Source of the DNA: Trichodelitschia bisporula
Taxonomy: Eukaryota
Length of the DNA: 64,000 bases
Assembly: GCA_010356995.1 (NCBI GenBank)
Contig: ML996691.1
Coordinates: forward strand, 1,184,174 to 1,248,173
Direction of reading: 5' to 3'
Shown: piece after piece, positions 52,114-64,000 of the stretch
Numbering within the stretch: the first letter of the stretch is position 1
Layout of the letters: every line of letters starts with the position of its first letter
Translations under genes and position numbers: made by a program
Notes under the pieces: model-generated
The model's input: only the letters and a program-made list of their open reading frames with translations
What the model was told of the DNA's origin: nothing
The model's database searches: none

Positions 52114-53752
52114 CTACTTGCGGTGACTCGTGCGGTATGTGCCAGCCTCGCAGCTATTGTCCGTCCACTGGAGCTGCAGATTGTCCATGACAAAGATCCG
52201 CTGCGTCCCGTTGATAAACGCCTCAAACTGGATGCCGCTCAGGTCCCTAAAGTCCTGGCGGAAACCAATATGCGAGAGCTTGCAGTGGGGCATCGTGTCG
52301 CATGGCGGAATGTCCACCTCCTGCCGAACCTTCACCACCTGTTTGCCACCTTCCCAGCCATAACCCGTGATCATCATCTGACAGAAATCAAGGCCGGAAT
52401 GATCGCATCCCATCTCCGCGCTGAACGCACCGAAGTGGAAGTATTTCGAGTTGGCGCGCGGACCAGCACCGATCTCGCCTGGCTGAACAGCCGGTCCGTC
52501 GGCCGAGCCGACATCAGTGCGGGAGGCGTTCGGGAGGAAGATTGCCAGGTTCGGAGCCGAAGCCGCATCAAACGGCTCGCCTGGAGGCGGCACGTAAGCG
52601 TACCCGTTCGAGAAGAACATGTGGTGATCTGAACTATCAGTATCCTCCAGGGTCCGGCGGGTTTGACACTTACATGGGTTAAAAACGGGCGTGAAATCCA
52701 CCTCATTAGGCTTGGACACCAACAAAGGCTCGTCGTCCCACTTGTCGAGTTAGCTATGTTCACAATGTCCAAAGGCTGACTTACGGTCAGGGTGAAGTTG
52801 CCGCGCTCGCCATCAGCTCCACAGGCGTCGATGCTAGCCGTGGTAGTTGACTTATGGGTGGCGGTGCTGAAAATGGCCGCCGTTCCAACGGAGCGAGATG
52901 CCGCATTCACAGTGATCCGCAAGGTAGATGCCTTCGGACGCGTGGTGCCAGTCGCGGCGCTGAAAGAACCAACAGTTCCTGAGGATCCAGTAGGAGCAGA
53001 AGCTCCGGCAGCCGATGGGAAGACACCCATGCCATGGACCGGTGTGTATGTGGGGAAGGAACCTGTCGGGATGCTGTCCTTAGTCTTCATTGCCCCAGCG
53101 CCTTGTGTGGACTCTTCAGCATCAATAGCAGCCTCCGTAGCACCTGCGACTTCGTAGGAAAAGGCTTCGGTCGCCGGCCAGGTACCCCACTTCGAAGACC
53201 AGGACCTGCCCAGATTGCCACCATACGAAACCGCTATTGCAATCAATGAGAGGAAATAAGAAAAAGTCCAGACTTTTACTTACTGCGAATAGGCGAGACG
53301 AAGATCGTCGACAGGAGGATCTGCGTGCTCAGAGGGGTAGCTGAAGTCGGAGGAGCGCGACCACCCGCCCAACTAGTCGTTCCATTGTCAATGCCGAAGG
53401 TGTAGGGGCCACCGAAGTCAGGCTTGGACGCCGTCTGGACCGGGCTAGCTTCAATCGACGTGATGGACGAAGCAGGAACAGACTCCACAGACTTGACAGG
53501 AGCCACTTCCGAACCCACAGCCCCGTACTGGACAGGCGCCGCAAAGTCAGGGGCCGCTGAGACAGCCGGGTTGGCAGTGACCGAGGACGTCAAACCATTG
53601 ACAAACACGGTGACCGTGGAGGTTTCCGCAGTGCAGGCCGAGGCATTCGCAGCGGCGATCCTAGAAATGCTGGTGTATGTATGATGAAGCACCGCGGCAC
53701 GAAGGCCAGGCGCGACGGCCAGGACGGCAGCAAGGACAGATGAAGGACGCAT
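52114..53752 (-). CDS. Secreted Ser/Thr-rich protein with Cys-containing C-terminal domain
   Basis: Signal peptide MRPSSVLAAVLAVAPGLRA, then a Ser/Thr/Ala-rich linker and a C-terminal domain (GNFTLTWDDEP...PVFNPYHHMFFSNGYAY...FVMDNLQLQW). Three GTAAGT introns (~53234-53283, 52742-52784, 52629-52673). Confidence 0.82.
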
Positions 53753-55596
53753 TGCTGCTGCCCTTGGTTTTCTGAAAGAGGGACTGTATGAATGGATCTT
53801 GCAGATTTTTGGAACAAAGCGAGAGAAGGCGTGGCGTGGTGAGAATTGAGGGAGAGTGCGGGTGGAGGAAGATGGAGGAAGCGAGAAGGAGAGGACGTTG
53901 CTGAGTATTTGTTTACAGCGCCGGCTCCCGTTGGCCGTTGCCCCGTTGCTGCCTTCTTGGTGGGCGAGGTGTGTGAGTGCCGCGAAGGGTAGTCGCGTAC
54001 AATGCAGCTTGCCAGGCTGGGAAGGTACGTTCTCCGACGGATGGTCGCGACTTCCTTCGTTTGGCGTGACCGCAAACCCGGCGGGAGGACGGCCTTTATG
54101 TCTGTGCGTACATGAGATTAGATCAGATCAAATTTTATGGGAAGACAGGATACGTTGTTACCATCATGGCCGCTTAGCTCGAAACCTGCAAAAGTCCGAC
54201 TGGCATCCTCTCCAACCATAGAAAGGGGTCGTTCATTAGCCAGCGGCATGGCCAACCGGCCGCCTGTTGCGCGTGGTTACCCGTGAAGCCATGCCGAAAT
54301 TAATCATGCATGGACCTTCAAGTTACATTCGTGCCGGCGTGACTTTGGCCGGCCAACCTGGCAATGTCGTCGAGGGGCCACTTAGCCCGCGCATCCTCTC
54401 GGTACAAAACCGAGACTGACTGTTTGCCCATCGAGGCTGCATAAGCCTTTCTGAAGACTCTACACCGTCTGCTCTTTGCCCGAGACGGACCTGGGAAGAG
54501 TACAAACGACTCAACCGTGGTACCTCACATGCTCGCACGACATTGTTCCAGGTGGTTGCACAAGATCGGCGTGAAGTCGTATCACCCACCCATGAAACGC
54601 CCGTTTGACGGCCATGATTTGGGCCGAAGTTGACTTATACTCCGTAGAGGAGTAAGCAAAGTCTATCTTTTGTCTTCTTCACCTCTTGAAGTGGAGCGCT
54701 ACTAATCCAACACCACGCGTTCTTGACGGCCGGGGCAACCCGCGCGGCCTCTGTGAACTGTTCGTTGACGCCGCGATTATTCATCGCAGAGCTTTCTATC
54801 TCGCGTAAGCACTGGGTCACCGCACACTTGTCTCAAACTACCGAGGTATCGGAGCGCCTTGCTCTTCTGAGCCATCTGCAGGCCTTGCTTGTACTCGATC
54901 ATGGGCCGCATGGGCTTCATGTCACGCTTTTCGCTTCCTCTCCTTCGTAAAGGAGGGATGGTGGACTCAATGGAGGACAGCCGCAATGGCTTCCTGTTCT
55001 TGATGATTGACAGACGGTGGCTCGATTGAAGACGGCCGCACCGCAGGTTCGTATTTGATAGAGATTCTTTGCTGATTGTGCTGAATTGCTCTCAATTCGT
55101 TAGCGAGGGGAGATCGGTAGGTTATCCAAGGAGGCTTAGGATTATATAATTCCGCGGTAAAGAATGATACAGTTTATTCGGAGAATTATATCGCGCGATG
55201 ACCTTGATCGGATACTACCCGCTTGATTTTGCGGATCAGGAGGTACACCATCGGAGCTGGAACATAGCCATTCTTGCTAGCAACTAGAAGTGAAAAGCGT
55301 ACATCCTTACCGAGTCGTTTGCTAGTAAATGGCCAAGGCGGGCAGAGAATATGTCGTGCAACGGGCGGTCGAAACTGAAAAAAGTAGGAGAACTTCGGTC
55401 GACGTGTATGCATTCCTTAGAGGACGAGGCCTTGAAGTGAAGTTGTTGATGTTGCAAGCCACAACGCCACGCCCTGGCTTCCAAGCCTCTCGTTCGTCAA
55501 CGGCCAGTTCGGAGCACGCAATCAAAAGCACCGACTCGCTCTCGAGCCCAGCGAGATTGCGGAAGAGCCAATAGGAGCAAATGGTAAAAAGAGAAG

Positions 55597-55704
55597 TGCC
55601 CCTAGTGGGGATCGAACCCACGACATTCGCATTGCCAGGATGACCTGTCATATTGGTGCAAAGACCCATATAAGAACGACGCGCTACCTCTGCGCTATAG
55701 GGGC
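55597..55704 (-). tRNA. trnI-TAT: tRNA-Ile (anticodon TAT) with 36-nt intron (55633-55668)
   Basis: Acceptor stem GCCCCTA/TAGGGGC+A, D-arm GCGC-AGAGGTA-GCGC, anticodon loop CTTATA with intron after position 37, T-arm GTGGG-TTCGATC-CCCAC. T5 Pol III terminator at 55586-55590. Confidence 0.95.
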
Positions 55705-57431
55705 TTTCTGACTCCTTGAGTGCCAAAAAATTGGAGCGCTCTGCACATATGCTGACAAAACAAGAATCTCAAAAGCGAAGGCGTCCACGGGCCCCTTCCA
55801 TGGAGACGGTGGTTCGCTAAATGGCACGAAAGCTTGACCTCACTTCATAGTACATTACCACCAGGGCTTTAGCCGTCTTCGATATCCTCTGGTTCCGATA
55901 TTAAGCGTCACGCCAACGAGTTGCATCTGCAAGCTTTCAATCACCAAAATGCCTCAGTTTTATGGATGCTCTGCAGGCCTCTACGGCGGGGACGGATAGT
56001 TGCTCCGTCTCACATGCCTAGGCTGAGGGATGAGGCCTTAATATGTTGATGCCGATATGCCTCATCACTGGTGCCCCGCATGTCACGGATACTAAGATAC
56101 CAGCTCTTACCGGCCATAGGTCAATTCCCTCAAACACGCCGAATTGCGGCATGAAACCCACCACAAGCGCCACGAAGGTTGGCAGAGCCGGTAGATCTCA
56201 CTCTCTATCCTTCAATGCATTCGGAGTAAGGCCCCATGCCCGTCAATGCTAGCTAACGACAACATCCCGTCCCGCACGTACTAGTTGCGCCCCTGCTAAA
56301 GTGTCCAGGCCAAGGTGTAATCAGATATCCAGTCGCCTATCCTATAGCAGACATCGGCAGTCGCAAGGACCTGCTGTCTTGAGGTACGGGTAGTTATCCC
56401 CGCCGAAGGGGATATGGGCAGACAGCTGGTGGGGGAGTGAGTAAGGTGCAAGCGCGGGGCAGCTCCGCGCGTCTTCCAGTAGCGAAGCTCCTTCGAAGCA
56501 TATGCGGGAAGCTGCGGGGCTGGACATTGGGCGTAATGCTGCATGGTGGTCGGGCGTGGGCCTAACGGCTTGATACCGCTCTGGCTGATCCGAGAATCGT
56601 GCGGGCTTGCAGGAGCAATGGCGGCAGCAATTGTCACATGAAACGGCAGCAGAGTACGGGTAGATAAGTGGTGTATGTGTCTGGAGGAGTTGTGTTCGTT
56701 GCCGTTGCCGCCGTTCTATCGCGGGGTCGACGTCCTGCTCCCTCAACCCCCCGCGCTGCCGGCCTTTTAATCCTGGCGGGGCTAAACCTGTTGCGGCAGC
56801 TCCACGCGCCATTGGGCAGGGGACCCGCACGTCTGGCGCACAGGCGGAGGATTATCACGGCTTGTTGGAGGGGATGAAGAGGGAAGATAGAGAATGACGG
56901 TGGTGGAAAAAGCGATAGATTGACAACCCGAGACTGGCGACGGCGAAGCTTGTTCCCTATCTCCACCTCTCGGCATCCCAAAGAAGCCATTGACGCGGTA
57001 ATCCCTTCCGCGATTTGTGGACGAGATTCGCCTCCCCGCAACGCCTTTTCGCCCCAGTCTTATCTCGACGTTAAACCCTTCCCCATTATTATTCAACCTC
57101 GTCAAAAGATGCCCCGTTGGCGAAGGGAGCTAGCATAGTAACTGTGTCTAGCTTTACTTTTTCCATCAGTCCCCCGAGTCATACCCGGCGCATGAGTCCC
57201 GGGAATTGTGTGAAGCCTAGTGTATATAAGACGAAGCTGCATGTACCACTTCATCCCACGTCTCTGTATCTCACCTCCCCCTCCCTGTCCCGCCCCCCCA
57301 ACCTCATCACCTGCAGCATCTAGACCAGGACACCTAGATAGCACGTCACGCCGCAGAGATATTGCCGCGACGCAGATCACTACATAAGCTCCAATTGCTG
57401 CGCATCTTCAGACGCTTCCTCAACATTACCA

Positions 57432-59652
57432 ATGGCTCCCACACATCCCCTCGCCGCCCTGCGCGCGGACGAAATCACCGCTGCCTCGAAGCTCATCCGC
57501 TCGCTATGGCCCGCCGAGGCCAAATTCCAGTTCAAGACCGTGACGTTGGAGGAGCCACCCAAAGCGCTGGCACTTGCCGTGTTGGAGGCCGAGCACGCGG
57601 GGAAGTCGCTGCCCAACGTGCCCCGCAAGGTGCTCGTGAACTACTACCTGCGGAACACAGTATGGAACATTACTCATTTTTTTTCAGCAATTCGTAAGAT
57701 GAACAGAGGCTAATTTTCGTAGAACAAGTTCCATGAAGCCATCGTCAATTTGTCCTCCGGCAGGGTCGAGCGCAACGTCCGCCTCGGCGCGAATGTTCAT
57801 GGCGCGGGTGATGGAGCCGAGATCATCGCGGTCGAGAAGCTGGCGCTCGAGCATCCGGACGTCAAGGCTGAGATTGCGAAGTTGCAGCTGCCCGAGGGCG
57901 CCGTTGTGGTGTGCGACCCGTGGATTTACGGTACGTGATGCGTAGAATCGAAAGCATCCCAGCTAATATACCAGGTGCCGATGGCGTCAACGACGACGAC
58001 CGCATGTGGCAGTGCTACCTGTACACGCGCGATACCGCCAACTCGAGCGAGCTTGATTCGTGCCACTATGCGCACCCGCTCCCCATCTCGCCCGTTATCA
58101 GCACCGCGGACATGAAGCTCGTGCGCATCGACATCCTCCCCACCGGAGCTGACAACATGATCAAGCCGCTGGGGCCTATCCACATCCGCCCGGCTAACGA
58201 GTACATCCCCGAGTACCAGCAGCTGCGAACGGACCTGAAGCCGTTGAACGTGGTGCAGCCTGAGGGCGCAAGTTTTACCGTCAAGAATGAGGGGACGAGC
58301 TCAATCGTGGCATGGCAGAAGTGGCACATGCGTGTGTCGTTTAACCAGCGCGAGGGCATGGTTTTGCACGATGTGAGTCACCTGTTTCCGTAAAGCGACC
58401 GTGGCTGATCTCCTAGATCCGCTACGACAATCGCCCGCTGTTCTACCGCGCCTCCCTCTCCGATATGAACATCCCCTACGCCGATCCGCGCCACCCGTAC
58501 CACAAGAAGTCCGCCTTCGACCTCGGAGACGTGGGCGCAGGCCTCATGGCCAACGACCTGCAACTGGGCTGCGATTGCCTGGGCTCGATCTACTACCTCT
58601 CCTCAGTGCTCACGGACGACGAAGGCGCCCCGATCGAGATGCCGAACGTCGTCTGCATCCACGAGCAAGACGCCGGCATTGGATGGAAGCACACGAACTA
58701 CCGCACGATGCGCGCGGCCGTGGTTCGCCGCCGCGAACTCGTCCTGCAGAGCATCATCACCGTTGCGAACTACGAGTACATCCTCGCCTTCATTTTCGAC
58801 CAGACCGGCGCTATGGAGTACGAGGTCCGCGCCACGGGCATCCTCTCCACGCAGCCCATTGACGACGGCGTGGATGTCCCGTTCGGTACGCGCGTCCACC
58901 CGGGTGTGCTGGCTGTGCACCACCAGCATATCTTCAGCCTCCGCGTGGACCCACATCTCGACGGCTCGGCCAAGAACCGGCTCGTGTACGAAGAAGCCCA
59001 CGCGATGCCGCGCAGCGACTTCAACCCGCACGGCACCGGCTACGAAGTCCATGAAACGGTCGTATCCAAAGCCGGGGGCCTGGACATCGACCCCTTCGCG
59101 AACCGCACGTTCAAGATTCAGAACGTCGCCTCCCGCAACCCGATCAATGGCAAGCCTGTTGCGTATAAAATCCACATCCCGGCTTTCCAGCCCATGCTGG
59201 CGGATAAGCAGAGCTTCAATTACCGTCGCGCGGAATTCGCGGATAAGGCTGTGTATGTGGTGCGGAATAACTCGGCTACTGATTCTCGCGCCCTGGTCTC
59301 GGATGAGCTGTACTCGGGCGGGAAGTATACGAACCAGAGCCGCGGCGATGCGGGCGTGCGCACGTGGAGCAAGCGCGGCGATAGCGTGGTTGATGAGGAT
59401 ATTGTCGTTTTCGTCCAGTTTGGTCTGAATCATGTGCCCCGGATTGAGGATTTCCCGGTCATGCCGGTGGAGATTATCAAGGTTGGGTTTAAGCCGGTTA
59501 ATTTCTTTGATCGCAATCCGGCGCTGGATGTCCCGCCGAGTGTGCAGGCGGTGAATAAGAGTGTGGGGCTGAATGGCGAGGTTGAGGCGAAGGTGGGTGA
59601 GGATGGGAAGGTTGAGAGTTGCTGCACGAAGGAGCCGACGGCGAAGTTATAG
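57432..59652 (+). CDS. Peroxisomal copper amine oxidase
   Basis: TPQ motif TVANYEY, Cu ligands HQH and NHVPRIEDFPVMP, LGCDCLG. C-terminal PTS1 AKL*. Three short introns. Confidence 0.95.
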
Positions 59653-59794
59653 TTCTAGGTATGGGCCGGGAGATGAAGGACTGAGACGGATGGATTGGGC
59701 GGTTGGCTTTTTTGGTACATTGCAATGACAAGTAAATGATATAAATTGATAATACACATCAAGAAATGAAATCGGAAAACGCGTCTCTGGCCTC

Positions 59795-62629
59795 TCACTC
59801 CTCCTCCCCATCCTCAACCCTAGCCCGGAAATACTCCCTCGAAGTACGCACATAGTCATCCGTACAATCCCCCGGCGTGACGATGCGCACCCTCCTCCGT
59901 TCCCGGTCTCGAATAGGTGGCGTGTGTACTTCGCCGTCTTCGAGCCGGATGCCGAGGACGGGCCCCACGGGCCCGGGGCGGGGTGAGGAGGAGGGCATGG
60001 GCAGGATGTGGTATTCGTCGTCTGGTGCGTCGCTGGGTGGGGAGATTATTACGCGGGGTGGGGTGGGGCGGCGCGGGGGGGATGGGGAGTGCTGCGGTGG
60101 TGGGGGGTAGATGGGACCGATGGGTCCGAGGCGGCGGGGTGGTGAGGAGGGGATGGGGAAGATGTGGACTGGTGGGGAGGCTTGTGACGGAGGTGGGTAG
60201 ACTGGACCGATGGGGCCGGGGTGTCGGGGTGGTGATTGTGGGACGGGGAGGATGTGATAGGGGTCGTGGGGCGGGGTGTGGTAAGGCGGGTAGTGCGGGT
60301 GTGGGGGGTGCAGTGGCGGCGGGGGGTGGTGGGGGATAGGACGGGTGAAGAATGGGGGAGAGGACGATGACGATGAAGAAGAAGAAGAAGAAGAAGAAGA
60401 AGATGAGGATGGGGAGGACGAAGAAGACGAAGAAGAGGGTTTGGATGAGGACGAGGACGAGGAAGGGGAGGAAGATGACGACGAAGACGAGGTGGGAGAA
60501 GATGACGAAGCCGAACTCGAGGACTTCGACCCATCCTCACAACCCCGCCGGGACGCACTCGATGAACTCGGCGAGGATGGCTCCCGCAGCCGCAACCTCG
60601 GCCCCGACACCGGCAAAATATGAACTTCAGGCTCCTCCCTCCACCGCGGCGCCGGCACAACCGGATACGGATACACCGGCCCGACCGGCGCAGGACACGG
60701 CTGCGGCTGCTGCGGGACGGGGAGCGTATGGTATACCGGGTCGGGCCGCCTGTGTTGCGGGGGCTCGGACGCCGGGCGGCGTAGCTCAAGGCGCACGCGG
60801 CGGGGCGGGTCGTGGTGTCGTTGCGGGGGGTGGTGGTGAGAGGAAGAATGGTGGGAGGAGAAGCGGATGCGGGCTAAAGAGGACTGGCGCGGGACGACGG
60901 TTTTGAGGCGGATGAGGCGCGAGGGAGGGCGGGGCGGGGGTCGAAGCCGGGGGGACGGGGGCCGGTGGATGAGCGTGCGATGGGTTGTTGTGCGGCGGAC
61001 GAGGTGGCCTTGGTGCTCGTGTTCGTGTTCGCGGGGCTTGTACCGGTGGTGCTCGGAGAGGCGGATGTGGATGCAGTCCCAGTGGGTGCAGCCGCAGGGT
61101 TTGAGGCGGGGGGGGGAGGGGGCGCGAGGGGGTGGACGGCGGGGCGGAGAGGGGGTTCGAGGGGGACATCGGGGGGGTGGTGGGTGGTAGCGGAGGTCGG
61201 AGCGGAGTTTACGTTCTGCTTGCTTTACTTCTAGGATTTCGAGCTCGAGTTTCTTCTTGCTGAGGTAGTCCTGTTGTCGCTGCCGGTTGATGAGGTCCTT
61301 GAGGTCTTCGCCGAAGGGGAGTTTGCGAGGGATATCCCCGTGTCTCAAGTTCTGGTTCGGTCAGCCCCATGTCTGATCAAATGGGCTAGCAGATGCACCT
61401 GCTTGCAAAACAGCGTTGCAACCTGCCGCAGGTTAGGAGTCCTGAACCTTGGCCACAACGTCCTGTCGTCCCCTCGACACGCCACGCAAAACGCATAGAG
61501 GTCAGCCGGGAGCGGCTCGCCGGAATCTTTCTTGAACCGAATGTCGGGCGGAACGGCCGAGCGGGTGAAGAAGTTGACGCATCGCCCAAGTTCGCGGACC
61601 CGGACTTCGGCTGTGAAGTCGAAGTGAAGGTACCGATCAAGTTCCCGATGGCGACCCTTGCGGAACAATTCCTCGATTTTACCCACCTCCACGACGCGGG
61701 TGATAGTGACAGGAAGAGAGATGCATTGGTAAAGGTCCGGAGTCCAGAGTGAGCGACCTATATTGGTTTGCCACGCCCAGTAAACACAGGAATCATATCT
61801 ACAATTCCAGCCCTGGGGGTGGCATTCGTGCCTCTTGTGAAATCTCGGGCTTGGAAACACACCAAAAAATGCCCTTGACCTCGGCGACTGGCACAACTTT
61901 GTCAACTGGGCACAGTACTTTTGCGTTGAGCTATCTCTTATCGGTGGATCTAGCAGTGTTAGATCCACATAACCGACTCCTCTCAGGGATACGAACATGC
62001 TTCCACGGTGACACCCCGCCTCCAGCTTTTCGTCTTTCGTTCAACAGCCAGGGTCTGGCCACCTTGGACATGTACTTGAGCACTGGGCGCAGCGGAAGCG
62101 ATATCAGAGCAGCTGCTTGTAGTGTCTATCGGCTCGCAGGCCCGATCCTGGCTGTCGATCCTTTGGCTTCGCGGGGTAGTTTCGTACCGCTCCCCATCTC
62201 GAAGAAGCCAGCGAAGGGAAACGGAATCAAAGAAGCGGTTGAATTTTTGGAAACTGAACCATCAGCATCGCTCACAAAGAAAGGCTCTTCTTACTCCTCA
62301 TCAAAAGTCGGAATCTCGACTTCCAGCGTAAAGCTGGCATTGATACGAAAGACCTCCCTGGGCGAGTGGCCATGGTCCCGTGAGCGCCATCGCCTCCAGG
62401 ATTCCCCTTCACCGTCTGTAAACTCCACCTCCACCGGCCCATCCTCATCGAAATGCGTCTCTCGAGAGCCGGCATGGAGAAGGCTGCTTTTCGTTTCGGT
62501 GTCCCGCTCGATATAAATAGCCGGCTTGAGGATGCTGATGGCTGTGTAATCCTGCGGGAGCGGAGTGATGCGCTCCTCCAAGTTTGCTAGGCGCACGTGA
62601 GACGCTATCTGCGGTCGACATTCCCGCAT
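59795..62629 (-). CDS. Hypothetical protein with long Pro/Ser/His/Arg-rich repetitive C-terminal half
   Basis: ORFs 62291-62629, 61345-61998 and 59795-61348 can be joined in frame by introns 62254-62294, 61950-61996 (CTAAC branch) and 61352-61398 (CTGAC branch). A TATAAA lies upstream near 62724-62729. Confidence 0.55.
60362..60510. repeat. GAA/GAC/GAT trinucleotide tract including (GAA)9 at 60375-60401; encodes poly-Ser on the minus strand
   Basis: Directly visible in the sequence. Confidence 0.9.
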
Positions 62630-63011
62630 TTTGGCTTATCAACTTGGGCAGTGCAAATAACGAGCGATGAGACGGTTCACAGCGAGCAAAAGGAAGCGGG
62701 AGGAGCAGCGCCATTTTATTAGATTTATACCGTCTATAAAGGTTGCGAAGTGACAGTGAAGCGTGAGCCAGTAAGGTGCGCGTGGGGCTAGTCAGATGCA
62801 GGTTGAGGGTCGGTGGTCGCGATGCCAGAATGACCTGCCGCCTTGGTGTTTCAGACGTCGGATCAGCCACAACATGCAGGAGGATGTGGCTGGAGGCCGC
62901 GCCAAGTGGTGTGGCACACCATGAGATCACGACTCCATCATGTCAAAACGCGGACATCTGAACACCTTTTCTCTCTTTATTTCATCGAGCCCATTAATCC
63001 ACCGGCTGTGC

Positions 63012-64000
63012 TCATGGATACTGTCCAAGAATGGTGTCGATCGAGTCTGTTGACACTTCGTATTTGGTGCAGTCCTTGTCATACTCGTTCGGATTCCCGT
63101 ACGAGACCTCAGGCTTGTTGTTGAAGCCGAACCGGATGAGCGTGGTATCTGCAATGGTTAGTGGCTATTCCATTTTTCGATGCTATACTGACCATTTGGA
63201 TCGTAGGCCTTGTAGCCCAGCTTGGTCAGGCCGTGCTCGGGATCCTTTGCGAAATTCGCCCAAGCCGTCATCATGACCTTTGTCAAGGCGGCCTCATCAG
63301 CCGTGTCCTTGCTCGATCCATTGTTATTGTGTAGCTTCGGCGTGCCGAAAACAAGCGGCAACTCGCTTCCGTGGTACGCTCCGGCTCCCGGCATGATGCG
63401 GTTGTTCGGGTAATCGGCAAAGTAGCGGTACCGCCAGATCGGGATCTTGTAGTCGATCCTCGCCTTTGCGCTCTTCATGGCTACGCACGTGAAGCAGAGG
63501 TTCATCCTCGTCACGTCTGAGTCCGTCATCTGACGCTTGACGACGCGGAAGAAGCCGCCCTCGTTGTGCGTTGATCCCGTAAACGTCGGCCGTTTGGCGA
63601 ACGCGCCGAGCTTGACGCGTGCCGCATAGTCCTCCCAGATGATCTTATCATCGTATGTCGGTCCAAAGGTGGTGCCCGGCACCCGCGGCCCGGTGTTGAC
63701 GTATTTCATAATCTGCCGCCATGACTTCGTCCGCATGCACGGGATGCTCTTCTCGCCAGCCTCCGGGCCACCACATCCCAGCTTCGACGAGGCGTTGAAC
63801 CACGGGCCCAAGTTGTTCTTGTCCGAAATTCCGCGGGTGAAGACGGACCCGGATTGCGGAATGAAGCCCGCGACGATCGGATCCTCCGGCCATGCAAACG
63901 CGTACGCATCAGTGGCACCGCCTCCGGCACTCTCTCCGAAGAGAGTGATGCGCTTTGGATCCCCGCCAAACGCGGCAATGTTGTCCCGTACCCACTCGAT
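63012..64000 (-). CDS. Carboxylesterase type B (alpha/beta hydrolase), 5' part outside window
   Basis: [25 protein letters not shown] nucleophile motif, TGSTHNEG and [13 protein letters not shown]. The last exon follows an intron at ~63149-63192. Confidence 0.93.

Noticed and set aside
58603..59433. Long antisense and alternative-frame ORFs over the amine oxidase
   Set aside because: Shadow ORFs caused by strong GC3 codon bias.
60345..60623. Highly acidic plus-strand ORF (poly-D/E) and overlapping poly-K frame
   Set aside because: Alternative readings of the GAA/GAC repeat. The minus-strand 517-codon frame carries the conserved peptide repeats.
1..64000. CRISPR arrays, transposons, rRNA, spliceosomal snRNAs, secondary-metabolite cluster
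   Set aside because: No repeat-spacer array, transposase/RT motif, LTR/TIR pair, rRNA/snRNA signature or PKS/NRPS gene seen by eye.

Overview
Eukaryotic DNA from a filamentous ascomycete (Pezizomycotina). The assignment rests on short GT-AG introns with CTRAY-type branch points and on the gene families present. I can support about 14 protein-coding genes: Mak31/Naa38 LSm protein, UGGT, a TPR-like + HET-domain protein, Gyp1 Rab-GAP, Hrp1-like 2xRRM protein, DDHD phospholipase A1, an AT-hook + Zn2Cys6 transcription factor (OefC-like), Cft2/CPSF100, a Pro-rich orphan, a Cps3/Lee1-like CCCH protein, a secreted Ser/Thr-rich protein, peroxisomal copper amine oxidase, a Pro/Ser-repeat orphan and a partial type-B carboxylesterase. 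There is also one intron-containing tRNA-Ile(UAU). Long stretches without a recognisable gene lie at ~1-11.2 kb, 29.3-34.2 kb and 36.4-42.3 kb. The most interesting signals are: (1) a candidate telomerase RNA locus on the minus strand at ~39.2-41.6 kb, with a UAACCCUAA template, an abutting boundary hairpin and a long-range enclosing helix; (2) a likely CUG-initiated mitochondrial presequence on the DDHD lipase; (3) a 1.19-kb intron in the Hrp1-like gene; (4) an unusual TPR-like/HET cell-death gene between housekeeping genes. All gene models and family calls were made by eye, without database searches.
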